A stretch of 64,000 bases of DNA from Lytechinus pictus (taxonomy: Eukaryota), in NCBI RefSeq assembly GCF_037042905.1, contig NC_087252.1:17608001-17672000 (forward strand), written 5' to 3'. How positions within the stretch are numbered: the first letter of the stretch is position 1; each line of letters opens with the position of its first letter. This document shows positions 51,501 through 61,426 of this stretch, in pieces. Position numbers and translations under genes: made by a program. Under the pieces are notes generated by a model. That model was not told the origin of the DNA, did no database searches, and worked only from the letters and a program-made list of their open reading frames with translations.

Positions 51501-52493
51501 TTTGCGAGATTAGTTCGTTTTTACTGTACATTCCACCATTACCTTTTTCAACATGTTATTTTTTACCAAATAAGTTGGTATTTGGTTGCCATGGCAATGG
51601 TCTGAGATGGTACTTACATATTTACCAACAAGCATATTTTTTTTAGCAACCTAAACTTAGCGGAAATGAGCGAAAAAAATGTGACTCTATATGTTTTTAT
51701 CAAAATTTGTTCTTTTCTGAGAAAAATAAGATGTTACCATGGCAACGGGCCATTTGCAACATTGATATTTATCTTTAAATTCAAGCATTCTCAAGGCAAC
51801 ATCAATTCCTATCATTCCAATAAACTCATGCATAACACTTACTGTAGTTTTTACCACTAAATGAGTGGTAAAAACCCAACGCATGTAGATTAGGTCGCTT
51901 TTATTGTATTTCTCGACATTGTCTTTTTTTACCATGTTATTTCTTTTTTTACCAAACTAGGTATTATTTGATTGCCATGGCAATGGAATGAGAGTGTATT
52001 TATACATTTAGCAAAAGCCACTCCTATGTTCAACACCATAAACGCAGAGAAATTAAACAAAACATAGATTCTACAACTTTAAATCAAAATTTTTACTTTT
52101 CTGGAGGAAAAATGAGCCGTTAACATGGCAACGGGCAAATTGGAACCATTTTGATGATCTTAAATATTTTGAATTGCATTTGTATTTAATTGGAATCTTG
52201 AAATCAATCTATTGGCTAATTTATATCATGTTTATCTACCATTTACAGGGGAATACATGCTATTTTTGATAAATTAATCCGTTGCCATGGCAACGGTCGA
52301 AGACGGCATTTATAAATTTGGCAACAAGCAGATTCGTATTCAGCACCCTAAAAATAGGGGGATAAGCACAAAAAATCAGATTCTACAGAAATTTTTTGGA
52401 ATTCTTACTACTTGCCGCCTACTATATGTATCATTCATCGTGAATATACATGTATCAAGATACTAAATATTTCAAAGTAAATTGTACTGCTTC

Positions 52494-52624
52494 NNNNNNN
52501 NNNNNNNNNNNNNNNNNNNNNNNNNNNNNNNNNNNNNNNNNNNNNNNNNNNNNNNNNNNNNNNNNNNNNNNNNNNNNNNNNNNNNNNNNNNNNNNNNNNN
52601 NNNNNNNNNNNNNNNNNNNNNNNN
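52494..52624. other. N-run (gap or mask)
   Basis: Run of n; the paralog is (TAC)n. Confidence 1.
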
Positions 52625-54889
52625 TACTAAAACACCCGCTACTACTTATACTATTAATAGTATTAATACTACTTCAGCAACAAAAATACATTAACATCAA
52701 ATAACATTACCACTGCTTCTACTACTAATATTACTATTACTACAAACCCTTCATCCAAAGGCCCTCCAGGTTTTTTTCCGAAAGGGTGCATTGGGAGCGC
52801 CTGTTTGCCTCTTGTTGACTGGAACCCTATCTTTAGTTGGTCTAATTCCTATTCTGTCTAATCATCAAATAGTCTAAAATAAAACAAACTTTGTCTTATA
52901 CAAATACGAGGCACAAATCATTAATTTTGGTCCATTGTCGTCTTTTATTAATTTCTTTTTACCACAGTTTGTAGTCTAGTTGGTCATATATTAAACCGAA
53001 CGATGTTAGACCATTTTGCCAACTGGCTGTAGGCCAAGTGGAATTATAAGCCGATTCAGACTAATGACTCTTTGATTCGGCTGAAAACTCGGTGAAAAGG
53101 GGTTCCAACGCTTCCGTCTAGGCAAAGCCCGGGGGCAGACAGAGGGTTGGATTAGGATAGAGTAAGGGGCATAATTCCCCTAAATTGATTTACAAGTTAT
53201 CATTCAAATAGAAGACAACACACAACCCTTAACTTTTCGAAATGTGGTATACCATTTTGTTTAATGGAGTACCACAAGGTTCTTTTTTCGGTCCATTTTT
53301 TCTGATTTATATCAACGGCATGTACTTTGTGCTAAACACATTAAATTACATATTGTTTGCGGATGACACAAGTGTTTGTCTATCCCATCGTGATATTGAT
53401 ATCCTAGCAAAGACTCCTAGACTTTCAAAACTATCTAGTGGGTTTCGAGGTAATATGCTATCACTGAATGGAAACATATTATGAAATACATTTTAATTAT
53501 AGGACGGCTAATGGTAAGTGTGATTTAAGATTAAAACTTGACAATACTTTTTTTTATAAGGTGTCTACTAGGATCATAGGAATGTCTGTTAAAATCAACT
53601 TTAATGGAACGATCACTTGAAACACATCAGTAAATCATTTTCTCGAAATATAAACTACACTATATTGAATACATTGAACCTGACAAAATTATATGCATTT
53701 TGCACAATAGTCTTATTCTACCTGTTGTGTCATGTTTCTTTGGACAATATCAAGGAAAGTCACATATGAAGTTCTTCTGTTGTAAACAAAGCAATTCATA
53801 TTTTTTGCTAGTTGGTTTGGTTACCCTGACCATATTGAACTGCAAAGTCTTGCTGTTGATGATATCCATTTCCTTCAAACTTCCCTTTTAATCTATCGAT
53901 TTAGTGCCGGAATGTTACCTGCCCGCTTTTCCACTAGATTTTCTGTTGCCTTTACATGCCTAGATTATAAGCTAAGAAAACTTTCATTTTTGTTACTACC
54001 AATTGCAGAACATCTCTCAGCAATGTAAACTGCATTCTAGGCATTTCCTTTCCAGTGATGAAGCATAGACAAATTAAGACCTGGCTTATCCACATCCTCC
54101 AGGAGCGACCAAATACATTCCAACGTGTCACTACCGGTATGATTACTTTTAATCAAATCCAGTATTTGCTAAGTGCTTCATTTTATTGCTATCGTTGAAA
54201 TTTTGCCTACTATTTGAAAGTTCAGGTTATTTTGTGAGAATTATTTTGTTTATGTTTTAGGTGGTCTATCTACTGAATGTGAATGTTATATATGTTTGCT
54301 CTAATAACTTAGGTTTTCCATGATTAATATTTTACATGAGCAATATCTAAATCACATTTTGTTGGTTCACATTTGGATAGAATGTGAATTCTATACATAT
54401 ATTTCCAGATATTTGGGCGATCCCAAATGGAGGGATATCAAAAGTAGCAAATAATATGTGAACAGTTGCATCACAAAAATGTATTTAATCGCTTAAATTG
54501 TAGTCAAAGTAACTATGGCTGATGATTTGTTTAATCAGTATTGAACAAAGAAATTGACGTTTTAATGTTATCATTTTATCAGCGAAAGAACTCAAGAATT
54601 AACTGTGTCCACATCCTATAGATCTCCTCCTCATCCACATCGCATGGTTCTTGGCGGAGTGATCACTGACATTCTACCTGTATCTTTTCACTACCGATAT
54701 GATAACTTCTTTAAAAATATTGTATATTTCAAGTTCTATATTCTTTTGCTATTCATTTAACACTGTCTCTCATTTCATACATCATCTCTCTCTTTTTTTT
54801 TACTTGATTTAATTGGTGAACTGTTGTTTAATCTTATCATTCATTTATTTTTTATTCTCAAAATCTGTCACAACGCTATCGACCATAAA

Positions 54890-57799
54890 GTCTTTTGTCA
54901 ATGCATGTTTTGAATAATAAAAAGGTTTTTATAATAGGAGATTTTAATTTGAACTTGTTAGATCGTAATACCCCCTGTAATCAAGAATATAAATATGATG
55001 TTATCCAACTTTTTCATTCCATTAGAAACAAAACCCACACGGATTACAGATACGTCGTCAACCTTAATTGATAATATTTTTGTTAACGATTTTTCCCATA
55101 TTTTATCTGGCAACTTGGTATCGGATATATCCGACCATATCCCAATATTTGTTGAAATTGTATTTGATAGAGTCTCTAAAGATAACAATATTAAACATAC
55201 ATTTCGTGACTTATCGGATGACAATATTATTAGACTTCGAGAGAGACTGGTATTGGTTGACTGGACTGAAATATACAATATTAACGACGTTAATGTTTGT
55301 TTTGACAAGTTAATGGACATATTTAATATGTCGATTTATCAAGAAACTATACCGCTAAGAAAATTTTCCCGATCTAATTATAAAAAAATACCCAGACTTC
55401 CGTGGGTTTCTAAATCGCTCCTGAAGTCAATAAATCGTAAAAACAATTTACATTGTAAATACAAAAAGAATCCTGAAACGAAAATATGTTCGTTATCGGA
55501 ACGTTCTTACATCCCTGTTACGTTTAGCTAAAAAAGCAGTATTTTGCTAATCAATTTAATAAGTATAAAAATGATGCATCGAGTACATGAAAGGTGATAA
55601 ATAATGTTTTACAAACAAAGAAATCGAAGGAGTTCACTAAAGAAATCATAAATAATAATGTAACGGTTGTTAATCCTGCAGATATGGCTGACGTGTTTAA
55701 CAACTATTTTGTCGATATTGGTGCGACTCTTTGCCATAATATTCCTGAACCTGACAAAAGATTCCAATACTTTCTAAAAAAATCCCAACCCTAAAACCAT
55801 TTTCCTTACTCCGATCACTGAATTTGAAATTAAAAATATTGTAAATAATTTAAAACCTAAAAAAAGTCCTGGATGTGAGGAACTTACGAATTGTGTCATA
55901 AAACGAATCATTAATGAAATTGTAACTCCCTTGACTTTTATATTCAACCAATATTTGGTAAGTGGTCTGGTTCCTCAAAATATGAAAGTAGCCAAGGTTG
56001 TTCCAGTGTTTACAAAAGGCGATAGACGGATTGTCAGCAACTTTCGTCCAATTTCACTCCTTACTTCCCTGTCTAAAATTCTTGAAAGATTAATCTATTC
56101 TCGTTTGATAAATTTTCTTATCTGATAATCATATTTTATGCGACTCTCAATTCGGTTTTAGAAAAAAAAAACATTCCACTGTACACGCCTTACTTTCTTT
56201 TATTCAAAAAGTGGCAAATGCTATTGATAATTCTCTGCACACAGTTAGTGTATTCCTGGACCTTTCCAAGGCCTTTGGCACGATTAATCATGATATTTTG
56301 CTTTACAAGTTATCACATTATGGTGTGCGTGGAAAGGCCTTGGAATGGTTAACGAGTTACCTAACTAACAGAAAACAATTTGTTTCAATAGAAGACCATA
56401 AATCTCAAATGAAAACTATTTCTTGCGGTGTACCGCAAGGATCACTCCTAGGCCCACTGCTTGTCTTGTTGTATATTAATGATTTTAATAATTCATCAAA
56501 TGACCTATCATTTATTCTTTTCGCGGATGACTCGAACCTTTTTTGTCACACCGTAACCCTAATTTACTACTTACCATTTTGTATAGGGAATTGCGGTATG
56601 TTCAGACATGGATTCACGCAAATAAGTTGTCACTCAATGTAAACAAATTTTATGCTTTTCAGTAATTCTTTGAATTCTTTGCCGGACCATGTAATTATAA
56701 ACAATGTTAATTTGCAACAAGTTAATTCCACCAAATATCTAAGTCTTTACATTGATCATGAATTATCATGGAAATGTCAAATTGATTATATATGTAAGTT
56801 ATCTTCTCGTAACACTGGCATTTTGAATAAACTGAAATATTTTTTTCCTGATCACATTTTAAAAACATTATATTCTACACTTGTTTTATCCCATATGAAT
56901 TATGGAATATTGGCCTGGGGTAATTGCAATACAACCTTAATTGATAAAATATTCACGATACAAAAACGAGCAATTAGGATGGTTAATCGAGTTGGGTTTT
57001 TATTCCCATAGAAACCCATTATTTTTCCAAAATAAAGTACTCAAAATTTCTGATATATATGCATTTCAAGTTGGTATATTTATGTTTCAGCTTTCAAGAG
57101 GTTAATTGCCTGATACATTTGTTTCTATGTTTCAAAGGACCAATCGAATACACACATATCCCACCCGGCTAAGTGACTCCTATCACCTTCCGCGCACTTG
57201 CACTCTCCTTGCTCAACGAACAATTGCATTTGAAGGGCCCAGGTTTTGGAACGATCTTCCCGATGATATGGTACATAGTGCCTCACTTAATATATTCAAA
57301 CGTAAATTGAAAGCGATGGTTTTCAATTCTTATAATTTCCCTTTGTAAACTGTTATATTCATGTACTTTGTTAATACGCTCTGGCCGAGCATGGACCGTA
57401 ATAGGTCCATGGGCCGAGTAATGAGCAATAAATAATAGTCATAGAGTGGCGGACTCTTTTTATTCATTTTTTATTATTTTTTTTTTGTATTCCTTAATCA
57501 ATCGTCACATTTTGGCATTACTTTGTTATAATCAATTTACTTACCTGTCCTCTCCTTCTCATTAAGACCGATTTTTTTTTTTCTGGATCCTGCAGACTTA
57601 ACAAGCCTTGCTTTTTTATGCAGATTCCCTCATATTTCACTCTTTTAAATTGTCTTTAATTCCAAATCGCTATTTTCTTTAATTTGAATTAATTGTTATG
57701 CCTTGTCTGATTTGTATTCTCATAAGTTTTCTGATATTGTTTCAAAATTTTTGTTTGTACTTGTGAAATATGTAAAATAAAGTCAAATCAAATCAAAAA
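54890..57799 (+). mobile_element. 5'-truncated CR1/L2-group LINE (APE-RT, frameshifted)
   Basis: IIGDFNLNLL, PTRIT..LIDNIF, SDHIPIF, FLDLSKAF, GVPQGSLLGP, FADDSNL; 3' AATAAA plus (TCAAA)n; possible ATAAA TSD; empty site near 17055. Confidence 0.9.
57390..57411. mobile_element. 22-bp palindromic insert with 7-bp TSD (P-element-like footprint)
   Basis: GGCCGAG-CATGGACC-GTAATA-GGTCCATG-GGCCGAG. Confidence 0.6.
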
Positions 57800-57835
57800 A
57801 TAAAAATCTACTTTGATTTCCATTACATCTATAAA

Positions 57836-57910
57836 GACTGCCATGAACATGTCGCGACAAACTTTCCAAGGTCATCAGATCATAATGACGTCATCCAGTC
57901 GCCATTTGTA
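57836..57910 (+). promoter_or_regulatory. Candidate TRIM upstream regulatory module (copy 2)
   Basis: Same motifs as 17091-17165. Confidence 0.35.
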
Positions 57911-58828
57911 TTTTTATTCATGAGATTGATAATTAAAAAAATCATCAAATGTGGGTTCGATTTTTTTTTTCATTTTCTAAAAAGAGTTAAACGCAGATTT
58001 TAGGTTATATGAAGGTAAGACAGCTGATGATGTAACACATTTGTTATTGGTCTTTCGTTATATGGACTATACAATATTCCAGATTTTGGAAACCTTGCAA
58101 TAACGAAACTCTACATTGAATCAAAATTTGTTAGAAAAATTGCATGTAATCGAGGAGGGATGAAACATTGTTTTTCATGTAATAAAATACAAAGTAAATA
58201 GATGATGGGTGACGTCAAGTTAGGACCATCAATTTTGCTTGTCAGTAAAGATACGTGTCAATTACCTATGTATGTGAAGTTAAGCAAAAAGTAAAAATGA
58301 TGAGATATTCGTATTTCCCTTTCAGTTTTGATGAAATTTCAGCGTTATGGTTATTACATATATCCTTATAGACCTTTTTGCTCGAGAATAGCTTTTGTAA
58401 GACTAATGTTGCCGAATGTTTGGTGGATGGGTTGTCTATACTGTCTCAAAGCGCCACACAGAAATAAGTTTGCTAGTCAATATTATAATATTCTGTTTGC
58501 AATTATCTCATATCCCAATACCTTTTCAATATTCAAGTCAAATCATTTTTTTTTCTTCTTCTTCCTTTTATCTCAGAGTAAATTGTGACAGATGGCGTCA
58601 AGGGAGAGAGCAGGATAAATCTCTTAGGGCATCTGGGATCCTTTTTGCTATGATTCGGAGCTATTATCGTTGGTGTAGGACATTTGTGGCGTATTCATAG
58701 TGTGTGTTTTTTTTTAAGTATTATTCATTACACTGTTGACCTGCAAACTGGAGTTGAAAATATCAAAATCCTACAGATTTTGTAAATAATTGTAGGTTTC
58801 TCTTACGTACATTATAGTAGCACTAAAT

Positions 58829-60700
58829 ATGGCGACACTTGAGCATACTCTTTTGCAAAGTTTAAAGTGTCCGGTTTGTTTTGGTTTGCTGAATGAACCA
58901 AAACAACTGTCATGTACACACACATTTTGTCAAAAATGTATTCAAGGTATTCTAGCATGCTCTGTACAGAGGAATACTTTATCATGTCCAATATGTAGAA
59001 ACAGAACAAATGTTGCAGATGGCGATGTTGCGAATCTTAAAATTAATACACATGTTAAGTCACTTGTTGATGACTTCAGGAATAGTAAGCAGCTCTGTGA
59101 CGTGTGTGACAACCGAGCAAGTGCCGCACACTTCTGTTGCGAGTGTGCTAAGAACATGTGTAATGAATGTCTGCAAGCTCATAACACATGGAAACCTAAT
59201 CTTAAACATAAAGTAGTGATGGTTGAAGACATCAGAAAGGGTAGGGTAGTCTTAAAGAGGAAGGTTTACTGTCAAGAAGAAGTACATAAATCTGAAGAGT
59301 ACGAGTGCTCTGACGTATGCACGACATGTAAGAAACTCATTTGTATGAGATGTCGCATGCTCTGCCACGAGAAAAAAGGCCATGATGTGGAAGATATAAG
59401 ACAGTACAATTCGTCTTTCAAGAAAAGCTCTGAGTTACTACAGGGTACAGGAAAGAAAAAAGCTACAAGAGTCAAGAATCATATGACCTGTATTGATAAT
59501 CAAATCAAACGTGTCCACAATCACATTCATGCGGAAAATGCAAAGCTTGACATGCTTTGTGAAGAAGCTATCAAGAAAATACAAGAGAGGAATGCTACTT
59601 TGAAAAAACAACTAGACGATCAGAGAGAAGAATTATGCAAGAGTTTAAATGATATGAAAATTGCTGATGAGAGGTTGGTTAAGAGTATTGAGAGTGCCAG
59701 TGATTTGGTGAGTACTAGTGTGGAGGCCCCACTAGAAGGGGATGTTGTAGCAATACGTGATTCATTGTATGGAGAATTGAAAAAAATATTACTTAGGGAA
59801 AATCCAAAGAAGAAGGTTGCTACTGATGTAGGTGATCATGCAGAGGAACTGACGTTTACACCGAGCTGCGATCCTGATACATTATCAATGGGGGAATTGA
59901 GGTTTGTGAATTGCAAGCCTGCGAAATGCAATGTATTACTCTCAAAGAAAGATAGTATGAATGGCATGACGGCTTCAAAGAATGGTATGATGGCTGTTGG
60001 TTATAGCACTGGAGGGATAGATATATTCTCTGCTGATGGTCAGCTGCAGAAAACAGTCATCAAATATGTCGAAACAAGTGAGGTAGGATTCCTCTCTGAT
60101 GGTCGTTATGTTGTACTTGATACATGCAATAAGATATCACTGTACACATCAGATGAAGAGAAGCAGGATGTAACATTCGATACTCTAGATGTTAGTGAAG
60201 GTTGGTCTGGTGGTCTCACTGTAGACAGCAATGATCTGATCTATGTTAGCTACAGGAAAGCTAAGAAGATCCAGGTATTCTCACCATCAGGTGGGAACGC
60301 TATCAGGGAGATTCCGTGCGATGGGTATAAACCTGCACAAATCACAAGCTATGGTGATTCATTGATCGTTAAGCAGTATGACAACCAGATAGCACGTATT
60401 GATAAGGAAGGTAATATAATGCATAAATTATGGAAACCTGTGGGAAATTGCATTATTGCTGATGTGAGTAAAGACAACACAATCCTAATCGCCTCTGTAA
60501 AATACGAGGACGGCCTGCTCAATATTGATGAGTACACAAGTGGGCTGAAACACATCAAGACTCTTATATCTGATTATAAGATTGAGAAACCGGAGAGGCA
60601 ATGGTATTACCTTAGACAGTTTCAATCAGGAGAGATAGCTTTCTGTACACCTAATAGGCTCTATGTATTCAACCGAGAAACTAGTGAAGTTACCTCGTAA
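58829..60700 (+). CDS. TRIM E3 ligase: RING, B-box1, B-box2, coiled coil, NHL-like beta-propeller (copy 2)
   Basis: 623-aa ORF, paralog of 19051-20925 with intact zinc ligands. Confidence 0.93.
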   Translation: MATLEHTLLQSLKCPVCFGLLNEPKQLSCTHTFCQKCIQGILACSVQRNTLSCPICRNRTNVADGDVANLKINTHVKSLVDDFRNSKQLCDVCDNRASAAHFCCECAKNMCNECLQAHNTWKPNLKHKVVMVEDIRKGRVVLKRKVYCQEEVHKSEEYECSDVCTTCKKLICMRCRMLCHEKKGHDVEDIRQYNSSFKKSSELLQGTGKKKATRVKNHMTCIDNQIKRVHNHIHAENAKLDMLCEEAIKKIQERNATLKKQLDDQREELCKSLNDMKIADERLVKSIESASDLVSTSVEAPLEGDVVAIRDSLYGELKKILLRENPKKKVATDVGDHAEELTFTPSCDPDTLSMGELRFVNCKPAKCNVLLSKKDSMNGMTASKNGMMAVGYSTGGIDIFSADGQLQKTVIKYVETSEVGFLSDGRYVVLDTCNKISLYTSDEEKQDVTFDTLDVSEGWSGGLTVDSNDLIYVSYRKAKKIQVFSPSGGNAIREIPCDGYKPAQITSYGDSLIVKQYDNQIARIDKEGNIMHKLWKPVGNCIIADVSKDNTILIASVKYEDGLLNIDEYTSGLKHIKTLISDYKIEKPERQWYYLRQFQSGEIAFCTPNRLYVFNRETSEVTS

Positions 60701-61309
60701 GAATATTATGTTTTGACCATCAAGAGCCAATTATTTTCCTACTTTACAAATTCATCAATTCACCAGTATCAATATTAATCTTGGTAGTTATGTTCCATTG
60801 ATGTCAAGAATCAAGAATCTTAATTCATTCCATTCGATAAAATAATCACGTGTACAAAAGAATAGTAAAACGCAAAAGTACATGATATACAACCATAAAC
60901 AATTCATAATGATTACACATAGAGGAGCGTAATCGAATGAAATATGACACTCTCCAAAAGTTAGAAAAGAATTGAACTTCATTTGAGGAAGCTCTGCCCA
61001 AAGTTGTATCCCAACTGTATCATTTTTAACAGTTTCAGGCATGTCTGGTTAGGGGTTACGTAGATTTCACTACTCCTACATGAATATTTACCATTTTTAA
61101 CAAAATAGAGTTTGAGCGTTTAATACTGAAATTTCCATTTTTAGTAGAAAATATTTGAACAAAGTAATTTTTTTCTTTGAAATTATAATTAATTTTACAC
61201 ATTACACATATTTCTTATTTAGAAAGAAATATGTTCCAACATAAATACATGTGTATGACATCAAATCAATATTGAAAAGTGAAATACAACTGATTACGTT
61301 GATTATTCC

Positions 61310-61426
61310 CAGGGGCGGATCCAGGATTTTCCAAAGGAGGGGGGGCAAATTTTTCGGAGGAAAATTTTAACGAGCAAATTAAAAAAGAAAAAAAGGTCTT
61401 CAATTTTAAAAGAGGGGGCACACCTC
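61310..61426. mobile_element. Left part of a hAT-like MITE
   Basis: CAGGGGCGGATCCAGGATTTT terminus at the point where homology to unit 1 stops; the right end is not in the window. Confidence 0.55.

Larger units (their letters stand above)
45735..52424. mobile_element. Academ-like non-autonomous DNA transposon with about 0.85-kb TIRs
   Basis: TAGTA...TACTA termini with 3-bp TAT TSD; empty site near 14510. 45769-46600 is the inverted copy of 51570-52400. No transposase seen. Confidence 0.75.
24061..61308 (+). repeat. Segmental duplication unit 2, expanded by many insertions
   Basis: Colinear with unit 1 once the listed insertions are removed. Confidence 0.9.
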
